Source: Lepidodermella squamata (lineage: Eukaryota > Animalia > Gastrotricha). From it: a DNA stretch of 64,000 nt. Numbering within the stretch: the first letter of the stretch is position 1; each line of letters opens with the position of its first letter. The notes below the pieces were generated by a model, which was given only the letters and a program-made list of their open reading frames with translations, searched no databases and had not been told where the DNA came from. This document shows positions 13,201 through 26,100 of the stretch, in pieces. The DNA lies in contig JBLDXI010000024.1 in NCBI GenBank assembly GCA_047495785.1, positions 3,038,001 through 3,102,000 on the forward strand, in the 5' to 3' direction. A program made the position numbers and the translations under genes.

Positions 13201-16200
13201 CGTCAGTGCAAGTGGATTCACGGCAAGCTCTACCTTCACCAACGGTTCGGTTTCATACCCACCATCGAACATAGCCCTGGGAAATCCGTGGTGCCCTGAT
13301 CCTGTCGTAGCCTTTTCGCCATCAAGGCCTGCTTGGATAAAATTTCAGTTTACTGACGGCCCTGTTTACGTCAGAGCAATCGGAACCGAGGGTCCGACTA
13401 TTGGAACGGGCCGAGTGCTTGCTTATATCATTAGTTACAAACCAAGTTCGACCTACCCGAGGGAACTGCACGTACATGCCCACAAATCCACGGCTTACAT
13501 AACTAAAGCTTCACCGATCATATTCGCTGGAAATGGAGCAGAAACGGTGAAAAACGCCCAAGAAATATGCCCCCGGATACCAGCTACTGAGTTGACGATT
13601 TGGATACTCAGCTATGCTGTTATGCCATTTCTTAAGGTGGACCTGAAGGGATGCGCATCTCCAGGAAAAAGTAACCGTTCTATGTTTGAACCCTCAGCGA
13701 TTTATGAATGATTTTTGCTTTCTAGGTAGTCCAATGTGCGAGTGTTGGCATGAGCTCTTCGATGGCAAGAACACAACGACATATTCGTCTCTTTCTGTGA
13801 GCGCAGACTCAGGCAATGCCTCCGCAGCAAACGCCCTCACCCAGGCAGACCCTACCCAGATCATTGCGGGGTGGACACCAACAGTTTTCGGAGACGGCCT
13901 AAACTGGTGGAAAATTCAGTTCACCGTCCTCAAGGTTGTCACTGGTCTCATCATGCACGGCAGCAATGATCCGGCTAAAGCTAGTCAATGGATTACTTCT
14001 TACTACGTCCAGTGGTCTCATACCGGTTACGACTACACCTTCAACTACTATCAGAACTTGGATGGCACTCCAAGGTTATTCATCGGGCCAATGAACGCGA
14101 CGGCGCCCACTCAACAAACATTTTGCCCGCCTATGAAGCTGATAGCCTTCAAAATCATCCCTGTCTCATACAATGTAGCTCCAACAATGGTTGTTAATCT
14201 GTTTGGCTGCTCTGCTCGAAACAGGCGATGCTTCGATTGCTGTGACGTGATTGGCTTATGCACTTGCGCATGTCCAGTGGGGTAAGATTTCTCTAGAAAT
14301 AATATGGCTTTCTGATTAATGTTATGTTATCAGGTGGTCGGGTACGTCTTGCATGTCTCTCGCCTCTGGAAAGACTTCTTACATCGATGCCCAGTCTCCC
14401 GTTTGCCAGCGTGACTTTATCTATGACGCTCTTACTCGCTGGGGTGGTTCACTAACGACATCCAGCTCCAGCTCTGCCAGTGCATATTACGACGGGAACG
14501 AGGATTGCCCATTTTTCGCGATTCAGGCCACGTCCTACGATTCTCGCACATTCTTTCAAATTTCCTTCGGAAAGTCGACCTACGTCTCGGTATTAAGTCT
14601 AAAGGGCAAGACTGTTAGTAGTGAAGCGAGATACATCACCTTCTATGCTCTCTGGTTCTTGGTCGATAATACAAATGACGAGCTGTTCTATCCCATCCTC
14701 AATCTCCAAAGCAATCCTCAGTCAGGACTGAAGTCCATTCCTGGAGCCAGAGATACGACCACCTATACGTCGTATCAGTTTTGCCCCAATATTCGAACCA
14801 AAGCTCTTCGGATAGTCCCATTGAAGTTTGTTGGGTCGAGGCCGGAATCCTTCGTAAGAACCTTAGGGTGTCCTACTCATGCTCCGTGCTCCACGTGCTG
14901 TACAAGCGATAATGGATGCCAATGCCTGTGTCCCGTCGGTTATTCGACGTCTTTTGGAGTTGGGTACCAGCCAAACCCATGGCCTCATTGTGGTAAGAAC
15001 TTACTCGAGTAACCTCAAATGCTTTATAGCTATTATAGATCAATGGACCATGCTCCAAGTGGACTGTGAAGATCACGCTTTTCGCCAATCCAGCCTCGCC
15101 AGCTCGACCTACACAATCTATCCGCCGGCTACCAAATCGCCAATTCCTGTCTATTGCGATATGACAAGTTACGGTGGCGGATGGACCGTCATCCAACAAC
15201 GCTTGGACTACAGCCAGAGTTTCTATCAGAACTGGGCTGACTATAAAGCTGGTTTCGGATCTCTGACTAGCAGTTTCTGGCTTGGAAACGAGTACATCTA
15301 CATGTTGACCTCCGGCACGAATCGTTACGACCTGCTGATAGAACTGACAACAGTGGATGACTCAGTTGCTATAGCCTACTACAAAGATTTCAGCGTCGAT
15401 TCTGAGGCACTGTCGTACACATTACATGTCGGAAGTTTCGACTGTAGCACTGATATCGGTGACTCACTGACTCCGCTCCATGATGGTCAGAAATTCAGTA
15501 CTTTTGATAACGACACGTCAACGAGTGGTGCGGGATTTGCTTGTGCGAAGAATGCATATGGAGGATGGTGGTACAAAAGACCCGCGACCACCGTTAAGAC
15601 GTGCCAACAGGCCAATTTGAATGGAAACGGAATCGGAAAGGCTGAGGGATCGATGATTACGTGGGCTACATGGCGAGGCTATTGGGAAAGTATGAAAACT
15701 ACTAAAATGATGATTCGACGATCTTCAATGCCCTTCATGCTTCATCGTAAGTTCCATAGCCATTAAAAATAAATTCAAGTAAAAAGTTCCATCTAAATTC
15801 AAACCCTGATTCTCAAATTGAACAACAATATTCACATGCCATAGAGCTGCGACCCCAATACCCTTATCCTGTCGATTGTCTCGACATCCGGCAATACAAC
15901 CCCACTGCTCCAAGCACCAACTATACGCTATACACTGTAACCGGTGAAAGTGTGTCTGTCTATTGCGAGATGAACGCTCTGGATGGCGGTTGGACCGTGA
16001 TTCAACGGAGGTACTACGATACTAGCGTAACCTTCGACCAAAACTTCACCACCTACGTTCGGGGCTTCGGATCGCCTCTCGGTGCCCATTATCTCGGCAA
16101 CAAATGGATTTACGCGATCACAAACGTTGACCTCACCTTCATTCCCTATCAACTGGCTGTAGTTGTCGAAGATTATAATGGCGAGAAGCGGAGTTCAATC

Positions 16201-19200
16201 TACGACGCATTTTGGCTAAACAATAACAGCTCCTACGAGTTGCTTGTTTACGGCTATAATTCCGATGGGACTACTGTAGAGGTTGCTGGAGACGGTCTGA
16301 GTACGCAGAGATGGCAACCGTTTCGAACCAAGGATCAATCGAAATCCTCTTGTTCGGCATCTTACAGTACCGGATGGTGGCGCCACGGCGGGTGGTATGA
16401 TAGCTACAAGTGTAGCGAAGCAGACTTGAACGGCATGTACGATGTCAACACCTGGGAAGGAGGTGTATTCTGGTCAAGATGGAAGGGCCGATATGAAAGC
16501 TTGAAATCAGCAACGATGATGATCCGCCGGGCTGGTCCGAAGCCAATCGATTGCTTGGATATGGCTGGGCAAGGCATGACTAAGGAGGGCCTTTACTACA
16601 TATACCCGTACAATATGAAGCCATTACGGGTCTATTGCGACATGAAAACTTTTTACAACTCACCGAGTTACTCAGCCGGCATTGGCTGGATCGTTATCCA
16701 ACGGAGGTCGAGGTTTGATATACCTTTCAATAGGACGTGGTCTGAGTTCAAGAAAGGCTTCTCGTCGGCAAATAATGGTCTTAGCGGGGATTTATGGCTC
16801 GGTCTGGATAATATCTACGCCCTTACTGCTTCGACGGCGTATGCACTGCTTATCACGCTGAAAAACCCAGTTGATAATGGTACTTACTACGCGTACTACG
16901 ACGATTTTTCAATCTCAGGCGAGAGTGACGGATACCAATTATATGTTGATAACTTCGATCAATCAACCAAGCCCTCTCAAGCTGCCGGGAATGGGCTGGA
17001 AACGTCTGCTAACCAGCCCTTTTCTACCTACGATAATGGAGATCGTAAGGACTGTGTTTCAAGTGGTAAGCTCAGTCCATGGTGGTTGCCCAGTGACTGT
17101 TCAATGTCCAAAAGTAACCTCAATGGCTATTACAAGGACTCTCGAGACCTAGCTGGGGTTGTTTGGAGCACTTTAGCCGATCTATCCACCTCAATGTATT
17201 ATACCCAAATCGCGATTCGCAGGAAAAGCCGAATCAAGGACTGTTCGTACGTCGCCACCTCATCTGGCGTTTATACCCTCACCCTGCCCGACGGTGGAAC
17301 ATTCCGATCATACTGCGACATGGACACAAGTTATTCATCTACGACGTATCCTAATAGAGGAAATGGTTGGACGGTGGTTCAGAAAAGATCTTTGAACAAC
17401 GCGAATTTTTGGCGCGAATGGGATGACTACAAAAATGGGTTTACAGGAAATCTCAGCTACAGTGGGGACTACTGGCTGGGCCTTGAAACTTTCAGTCGCT
17501 TGACCATGGCTGGGTCTTATTCCCTTTTGGTGTCCTGTAAAAACGTGGATGATAAGTTCTATTACGCTTATTACAACGATGTCAAGGTTTATGACGAAAG
17601 TCAGGGGTATCGTATCTTAGTGAGCGATTTTGACGAAACTACGAGCAATAAAGCCGGGGATTCTTTCAATTTTATCCACAACAATCAGAGCTTCAGCGCT
17701 ACTGATAAAGGAAGCTTCACAAAGCCGTGTTTTAAAAGTGGTAATAGACCTTATTTTGGGCCATGGTGGTACATTCCGTGGGATAGTGACTATTGGCCAG
17801 ATGGCATTGATCCGCAGTGTTGGATGGCAGCTAACCTTAACTCGGCGAATTGGGGCAGTACAGATTGGGGTTTCGGTTTAAACTGGGCGACCCTAACGTC
17901 TTACAATATTTCATGTAAAGCCACTCAAATGGCTATCAAACAAAAAGCAAGCGAGCAGTTGAACCGGCCCAGGGCGGCTACAGCGAACATGTGTGGGCGA
18001 AACACGATGTTGAAACATACTTGCAAACATGCGAATCAACCGGTAGCTGGGGATTCTACGCGGGTAATGCTCACTGAAAAAAGTGGAGTTTACGCTGCCA
18101 CTGATCTTGTCTGTAAAGGTAATTTCACTTAGGTCACCTTTCACGGGGCGATATTCAAACATTTTAACAGCTTACGCCGAACCTCAAGATTGCTCGTGGA
18201 AGCAAACAAAAGCCGCGACTAGCAGTAAGTTTACCTCCCAAACGTACGGCGACCTCACCGGCGATAACGGTGATGGAGTCGCTGCGAAATTCACTGCTTT
18301 CTGCGACATGGAAACGTTCGGAGGCGGCTGGACAGTTGTCCAGCGTAGAATCGACGATACGACAACTTTTATGCTGGATCAGTCAAGTTTCGAAACTCCA
18401 TTCGGGGTTCCGAACAAGAACTTTTGGTTGGGCAATAAGGTGATCAAAGGCTTGACATCAGCAGCTGAATATGAGCTGCTGGTCGAAATACGAGTCGCGG
18501 ACAACTACGCCTTCGCCCTATACAAACTGTTCTATCTATCAAGCGACGCATTTGTTTTGAACGTGCAAAACTATCAGAAATGCTCCACCGCAGGGGATTC
18601 ACTGACTTCTCTCAATGGATATTCCTTTACCTTCGATATTTGCGGAGGTTGGTGGTTTCCCCAACCCTCGCCCTGTGTATCTACCACCCAGTCGGCACCA
18701 ACCTCTAATTTGAATGCTCAGTTTGGAACTCAGAGCCCGATAAGTGCTGGGATACACTGGTTCACCTATAACAACAATTTCGTCCCCAATTTAAGTTGGA
18801 CATCAATGAAAATTCGCCGTTATCCAATGACTCATGGCAGGTATGTCGAAGTGCCCGATTTCAAGTGCAATAAGGGCAAAAGTGCGACTGTTCCTAACAT
18901 CAAAACTGCAGAGGATTGCCAAAATGCTTGTACCAATTATACGGATTTCACATGCATTACAGCCGTTTTTACGAAAGACGAATGTACTGTGAGGTCTGAA
19001 ACCTGTCCGCCAGGCTCAGGCGCAACAAAGTCGGACACCAGCACATTCTTCCGAATAGATGACTGCGATATGTTTCCGGGTGTTTGCGGGCCCCCTCCGA
19101 CTATGACGGGGACCACGCAAGAGGTAATATCGGCTGTTTTCGGGTCGAAACTTGCGATCAACTACACTTGTCTGCTGGGTTTCACCAACTCTCTGTGGAA

Positions 19201-20145
19201 CAACGATACAACTACCCTTACCTGCGATACCTCGACAAAGAGATGGAAGGGAGATTGGATGGATTGTAGGACATTATGCGGCGCTTTCCCCGACCTATCG
19301 GCATTCAACGCCGTTCGAAAGCCAGATATCGACATTGACGGAGGCACAATGACTCTATACTATGAGTGCGACAATGACTTCACACTAGTTTCAACCGGAG
19401 CCCCTATTCGAAAATGCGCTCCACCCTATGGCGATTGGACTGGGGAAGACATCGTTTGCAAATCAACTCGATGTCCCTTACCTCCTGTAGTTCCAAATTC
19501 CTGGAATAACTACACAGTTCCCACACCTGTTCCTTATGCAGACCAGAATCGGTGGAAGACGACTTGGCTATACAACTGCAATCGAGGCTATGTGTTCCCA
19601 GATTTCACGAAGACAAAAACGATTTATTGCGGTGATAGCCAACAATGGGAGCCAAAATCACCCGGCGTCTGCATTTCATTCAACTGCGCTGATCCACCGC
19701 ATTTTGACAACGTCAAAGTATCGGGTCTAGTGCCAATGGAAGCTAACGTGCTGTATGAATTCGGGACAACATTTACGTATGAATGCTATGAAGTCGATAC
19801 CCTGGATCCGATGAATTGGGACGGGCGGGTCAATGTTTCCTGCATTGGTAAGATGTTAGGCGTGCCAATAAATTGTGTGTGTGAACAATTTTGTTAGCTA
19901 ACAATACTTGGGGAGTTTTGAACTACACTGGATGGTCACAACCTTGGCTTCCGTCAAAATGCATTCGTAAGTTGAACTTTTCAAGAGTCGCGGTAAGTTT
20001 GAAACTTGTTATGAGAGTCGAGAAGTTGCACCACTGGTTTGTAGTTGCGGTAGCTTCGGAATTTGTTCCTGCTGCTTTCTTTTTGTTTTGGGGAGCTGAA
20101 AAGCAACTGACCTCCTCGCGGTGCTCCCTGGAATTACCCGTGTAG
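4281..20145 (+). CDS. Giant mosaic extracellular lectin/receptor, copy 1: SP-(EGF)x~12-(CTL)x~10-(F5/8C)x3-(FReD)x5-PAN-(CCP)x4, roughly 4,300 aa; last exon uncertain
   Basis: Signal peptide MAVNSTKIQLVCACLALLF; about 40 GT-AG introns traced with the frame kept. EGF motif CxNGGTCxxPxxCxCxxGWTGxxC; CTL motifs (CY, WIGL, W-DG, ICE); discoidin motifs (AWIKFQF, WITSYYVQWS, IIPVSY); fibrinogen-C motifs (VYCDM..GGWTVIQRR, FWLGN, FSTFDND, GGWW); sushi C-P..Y-C..GF..C..W..C. Confidence 0.9.
4397..6770 (+). other. EGF-like repeat array of copy 1 (mostly one EGF per phase 1-1 exon)
   Basis: Exons begin at 4397, ~4618, ~4776, 5240, 5391, 5541, 5690, 5837, 5991, 6239, ~6455, 6559 and onward, each with EGF cysteine spacing; the last repeats are split into micro-exons. 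Confidence 0.85.
7008..13115 (+). other. Array of about 10 C-type lectin-like domains of copy 1
   Basis: Repeated CP..W..F...CY/F, LASI, WIGL/FIGL, W.W.DG and (Y/F)ICE motifs in ORFs 6893-7837, 8510-9406, 9678-10664, 11494-12724 and 12809 onward. Confidence 0.8.
13180..14875 (+). other. Three F5/8 type C (discoidin) domains of copy 1
   Basis: FTASS...WCP...AWIKFQF..VRAIGTEG...LKVDLKGC and two similar units, each ending in LxGC. Confidence 0.75.
15040..18825 (+). other. Five tandem fibrinogen C-terminal (FReD) domains of copy 1
   Basis: Five occurrences of (V/S/A)(Y/F)C(D/E)M...GW(T/I)V(I/V)Q(R/K/Q)R followed by (W/Y)LG(N/L) and a terminal M-I-(R/K)-type motif. Confidence 0.9.
18840..19966 (+). 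other. PAN/apple-like domain plus four CCP/sushi domains of copy 1
   Basis: TAEDCQNACTNYTDFTCITAVF..C (PAN); CGPPP, CGAFP, CPLPP and CADPP starts with Y-C and W...C (sushi). Confidence 0.8.
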
Positions 20146-20195
20146 GGGTGATACTAACAAGTTGCTGTCAAGTTTCGCCCAACTGAAAGTCCAGG

Positions 20196-20247
20196 AGGTG
20201 GAGTTGGAGTCCCGAAGCTGGAGTGTCGACCCCTGTACTTCACACAC
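20196..20247. mobile_element. Terminal fragment of the small hAT-like MITE family also seen at 31805-31969 and ~30158-30185
   Basis: GTTGGAGTCCCGAAGCTGG...CCCCTGTACTTC matches 31911-31961. Confidence 0.55.
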
Positions 20248-20339
20248 TCGATACGTTTTTTCGTAATAGGGGAAATCCACATAATAACAATATAATTTTA
20301 GAATGAATAACGATGGAAACGATGGAGAGAAAGCGATTT

Positions 20340-20580
20340 ATTGGCGGTTTTGGCTTACGGATATATACAGTAACATTGCCTAATAGACACATGAGTAAAT
20401 GATTAATTGATAATAGAGATTGGTATGTTTCATAAACTATTTGGGGTTCGATTGTTGATAATTTGAGTAAAGGCGATGATTTACTATTCAAACGCTGTCC
20501 TTCAATATTGAGATGCAATTTCGACAGCTTTGACACTGTTGATTCCAAATTTCTGCAGAAGTTTCATTGCCTCAATAGTT
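20340..20580. repeat. Inverted partner of the 3299-3540 repeat
   Basis: Near-perfect reverse complement, 241 vs 242 bp. Confidence 0.9.
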
Positions 20581-21235
20581 AATGTACCCCGGGAACCAAC
20601 ATAAAGTTTCCATAGAGAACGGAAACTCTGTTTCGTGAGACATTCTTCCATTTCCTTCTCAAGGTTTCTGCAGGCCAGTACCAGGGGTTCACCGTTAACA
20701 ATTTTCTACAAATATTATATATTTGGAGATAAGCTTTCCAAGTAGCTTTCGGAAGGCCAATGGATTTCATAAATTTTTTCCTGATCCCTTTAATTGCCGC
20801 CGTTTGAAACGGAGAAACTTTGGCCAGATGAACTGAGTCAGAATAGTCAGTTTTTGGTCTGCTAGTAATAGGTTCGAATTTGCTAGGTGTTCCTTTAGTT
20901 CAGAGATGACGGCTGCTTTGTCATGGATTCCCCCCGTACTTATTTTCGAAATGTTCAGTAAAAAATGTCACCGAATATGAGGCTGGTTGACCAAGGCGGG
21001 TCTAATGGCGCCGGCCATTTCTACCGTTGATGCACCTTTTTCGCGACAACGAGACATGACACGCGGAAAGCATGTCTCTCGAACCCCATTCTAACCAAGG
21101 TTTGAGGAAAATTCTACGCAGACTAGATCTATCGACTGGTAAAAACTCGAACTGGCTCGACTGGCTTCGAAAATGTTTCTCATGGTTATGAACTAATCGG
21201 AAATATTACATGATGCGGTGCAAAACAAATAGGTA

Positions 21236-23061
21236 CAGTGCTCCCTCGATAAAAGCACTGGGTCGGGAGCCAGACGCGGTCTTTTAACAAGGGAAAGCTA
21301 TAACGAGGGCTGTAATTGAATGCAGAAGCTAAAAATAGACCGTTTCTACGCCTTAGGACAGTTGCCATGCCAACGCGCAGAAAGAGACGGACACGGATTA
21401 CGTGTCATTACAATTTTCGCTCGCTGAAGGCTGTGAAACAATAACACTGAATCATAAGTTCGTCGCCAAGTTTTTATTCTTATTTGCCAGGGCGGTTTTG
21501 ATTTGACTGATTAGCCCAGCTCGTCCGATTTCGCAATAAAATTTCATTTCATGAAATAACAGCTCAATCAAAAATCAATCACCTTGGTCAAGATTGACCA
21601 GAATACTTCTGAATAAATTACCAGCAAATTCAGCCTAACATTCTCAAGACAATGCAGTGTTCAATTCAGAACTCATGCTTCGCCTAAAATTCGTACCATT
21701 ATTTAAATAATTTGAAATAATTGATATGAAATTTGAAACAATTAAGATGTATTCTCGATAATTTCTTCGCGGCTAACCTGACTTTTTCTTTTTTAAATTC
21801 ATCGAATCAATGGCATTGAGCAATCACGGACCAATTTCAAGGCATAAGACGTGTGGTTCCGTCAACAAGGAACGATTCGATAGGTGTTTTGATTGCATGG
21901 AATAAATTTGTATCTTCTCAGGCGATCTGATTTTCATTCGACTGACCTATTAAGATCATAGCAAGGTAAAAAAACGGGCAGAAGCTCCCGCCGCCCCTCC
22001 TCGGGATGTTGCGATTTTCAAAGTCAAAATCGAATGATTAACAGTTGTGAAAAAACCCGGAAAATTGCCAGGGCGTTGAGCATTGAAATCGTAGAGTAGT
22101 GGCAGCCAGTTTCATGGTAGATCAGGCCTATAGACTATCCAAAATCGGCTAATAATTCCAATGACTCAGGACAACTCGAACGATGAAATCGGTTTATTAT
22201 GAGAATTAATCTGTGTATCTAAATTCAATTAAATCTGAAAACAAGGACTTAATTCTTCGCTTGATGGCGCAACACAGCTGGGAAATAGTTTTGGAAAAAC
22301 TGGAAAAAATTCATCACTATAGTGTTGAAAATTCAATAATTTTCGACTAGAAATACCTGGATTTTGCTAGTCATTTCCCACGGCTCACGGTTTATTCCAG
22401 CGGGGTTCTTCCAAAATTGGAGAAATAACTACAGAATCGTTAACAAATACCACGATGTTTCAATTTTTCCTGACAAAAGTCACGATTTCTAATCCTAATT
22501 CGATCATGTTGATAAATTTAAGAAGCTTTTCTGGCCGGGAAAACTGCTAAAACATGATAAATCAGGGCAATTCAATGGGTGTATAATTGATCAGCTATTG
22601 ATTTCAGAAAAATCAGCAAATCAAGAAGATTGAAGATAGACGGGCATTTTTATAGATGTTGAAACGAATTATTAATTGTTTTCTGATGAACTGGCGTAAT
22701 TTCTGGTGGAATTTCAACTGAAAAAGCGGGACGACTCGCAGCACGACTTGAGTGGCAGCTAATCCACACACTCTGTTGCATAATCACAGTCATTTCAAAG
22801 CCACAAGAACAGCATAATGCACTGATGATCTTTCAACTCGTTTTAACTGAACTGGAAATAACTAGATCTCTCAAAACCACGACAACACGCCGCTAGGTTT
22901 CTAGGAACGCAAATTTTTCACACTTAATTTTTTTAATTCATCCAATAATTATTGTTTGTTTAATTAAAAATTTACAACTAATTTATTTAGCAGGGTCCAA
23001 AATTACGGTCTATTAACGAGGGAGTTCTTTTAACGAGGGTGCCACTAACGAGGGAGCACTG
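21236..23061. mobile_element. Non-autonomous Tc1/mariner-pogo-like element
   Basis: TA|CAGTGCTCCCTCG ... CGAGGGAGCACTG|TA, with repeated subterminal TAACGAGGG motifs; no transposase ORF. Confidence 0.75.
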
Positions 23062-23130
23062 TATTTAGAATACTTTTTCATCGCGTAAGGGTGACAGAAA
23101 AACTTGTCTAAAATAGAAAAGAAAGGTGTA

Positions 23131-26100
23131 CAGGGTGTTCTTTTTAAAACCGAACATCCGCCGCGCGCGTTGGAAAATCGCGTGCTACCGCAAATTTTTA
23201 TGCACAAAATTAAATATCCTTTTAAAAATATTTTTATTTTATTATATTAATAATTTTTTTTAAATAAAAATTTTGTTGCTACGGAAAAGCGTGCTGCGCG
23301 ATGCCGCGCGTTTTCGCGTTGTAGCCGCTCCGCGCACCGCAAGTTCCCCGGCGCGCAACTTCATCCCCGTAATTCCGCATTTTATCACCGGTGACGACAC
23401 CTTTGTTAGGGTTTTTCTGATAGCATTTCAAGCATTTAATAAGGCAGCCGGCGTCATTTTTTCTAAATATGGCTCAATTAGACGTATGCGCTAAGCCTAA
23501 ACAAGCCATTTTTATGCCGTTTCTCGCAGATCTTAAGCGTTTAACCCCGGAAACTTTCACATAAGTGCGGTTATACCTTGCGGAAACAGTGTTTCTAAGT
23601 ACAGTAATGTATTCTCTACAAGATTACCACAGCCGTTTTTGTAGGATGATGGTTATTTTTAGCACGTCTGCCCTAACAGCCAGCCGGTCTTTCAGAGCAT
23701 AGATCTCATTATCACCATCTTCAAGGAGGTCCATGCCTTCAAATCACCCGTCAAAAACACTGTCTCTCATTGTTTTCTTGTAAAGCAGAGTAAATACTAC
23801 TTAGTTACCGTTACTTTTTGGAGGGTCACCGCGCTTTTTCACTTGCTGCTGCTATGGATGCATTCTGTCGATAAATGGAGTTTTTCGGGATATTCGGAAC
23901 ATTTACAGTGTTAGCAAACAATTCAGCGGTCAAATGGGGGCTCAAATGAGTGAATTCACTAGGAGACGTAAATACTTTGACAATGAAACAAGAAAAAGTC
24001 GGTGTTGCCATACTAACTCGTGAGCAGGAGGGACTTCCTTCTGCCATACCTGCTGTGTTAGATCTCATCCTCTGGCCAGATGAACGATCTTCAAGATGAT
24101 CCATGTCATGAATTTTGCTTAATTAGCATTGTTACTCATTGTTTTCTGGTAGAATAGAGTGTAAATTTCTTAGTTACCATGTCTTTTTGGGGGGGTCACC
24201 GTGGTTTTTCTCGTTTTACGGCTTAGGATGCATTTAGACGTTAAAATGGAGTTATTCGGGTTTATCGGAACATTTATTGATGCTTGGAAATAATCAACGG
24301 TCAGATATGGGTAAAATTGGGGGATTTTGCTTGGAGACTATATCAATATGACGACAAAGCAGAAAAAAGCTAGTGTTGCCGCCGTAATTCGAGCGCAGGA
24401 TCGACTTTCGTCTGCCCTACACACTCTGGTTAGACGTCATCATTGAGTCAGATCAGCAACCTTAAGGATAGCCCATTTCATGAAATAATCTGGTAAGAAC
24501 AATCTTTCTCATGGTTTTCTTGTAGAATAAACTGTATATTTCTTAGTTACCATTACTTTTAGGTTGGACAACGCGGTTTTCCGCTTTAAGTGGCTTGGCA
24601 TGCATTTTTCGGGTTTTTTCGGGTTTTTCGGGATATTTTTGGTCGTAGCAAATAATTTAGCGGTTAAATTTTGGCCAACACAAGTGAACTTGCTAAGAGA
24701 AGATGTCAGTTTGACAATAAAGCAGAAAAATGCTGGTGTTGCCGCCCTAACTCGAGCGCTGGGTCGGCTTTCTGATACCATACCATCCTTGTTAGAGGAC
24801 GTTTCAACGCGTTGTAGCCGCAATCCTTCGTGATTTATGGGGCCATATGACGTCGATGCATGAATTTTAGGCATTGTGTGAATATATTGCTTTAATCGTG
24901 TTAAAATTCTGCAAAAGACTTTACCCGTTGACACATTTCAGCCGCTGCTACTGGTTTTCAGCGGTCGCATTAGGGCTAAGGTTTGAAATCGTTTGTTTTC
25001 GCTTATTCTTCTATTTCTCCGCGGGTGGGGAATTTCAGCGGGTGGGGCGCGTTATATTATTGTGATTTATTGCGCTTGAAGTTACATCAATCAAATAGTT
25101 TACCACTAAAATATTACAAGAAACGTAAAATCTATGCGAGAATGCTGGACTGTTCTTACAGGACGCGTAGAATCAGAGATCAAAGGGATGCATATAAAAG
25201 ACAAAGACTGGCGTGGTGTTAAACTTGCTTTGTTACCGCAGTCTCACAAACAGTTACACCCGCCCGCAACTGCGGTTACCGCAGGGAAATTGATGACAGG
25301 ACACGGGCATCACCACGGAATATTCCCGCCGCTGCCCTGCGCCGCCGCAAACGAGTGATCAATGTCTGAATAAGATCTCGGTTATCAGTCCTAAGCGTTG
25401 TCTTAGTCATCGGCTGTTTTCAAATCTCCGGCGGATCCAGTGATACCAATGAATTTTTCGCCGAAAATGATGCTAAATTCTCACTCTTAACGACTCACGC
25501 CGCGCGCCGGATGCTGCCAATGATGTTAAAGTTTACATGACGTTTTGTTAAACACTCAACTTGATCTGAATGGTGCAAATAAACGGCTGTTCATAGCCTA
25601 GCGATGTTGATTTTCCATGCTATGGATGTTAAGGATGCATTTATAGATGCTAAGCGCTCTCTTTACTTGAAAGCAATCTTGCTATAAGGAATTCCTTACT
25701 AAGGATGTCCTTACTAAGCAAGACATCCTTAGCAAGATGGCTTCCAAGTAAGGACGCGGTGTCACTGGTATGCTTGGTAGGAATGGCTCACTCAACAATC
25801 CTTACTCAGACTTCGCCGCTTCAGACTGAGCGATCTAAGGATCTGATCTCAGATGGACCTGTGCACCTTAAAAGACGCGGCGTAGAGTGAAGAGTGAGTG
25901 TCCATAGTTATGACTATTAAGATGACAGTCCTTACTAAGCACCAAGCTACGCTGACTTGTAAACCACTATCCTTAGTAAGGAACATGACTGATGTTACGA
26001 ACAGCAGTAAACTAAATAAACTGAGCGGCTAAACCATCGTAATCTAAAATACCTTGTATTTTTTCTTTTTGATATTATGAACATGTTCTACGAGACAGCT

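Noticed and set aside
25690-25990. Short CCTTACTAAG/CTTAGTAAGG repeats resembling a CRISPR-like array
   Set aside because: Irregular spacing, mixed orientation, eukaryotic context and location inside a TIR element; most likely transposon subterminal repeats.
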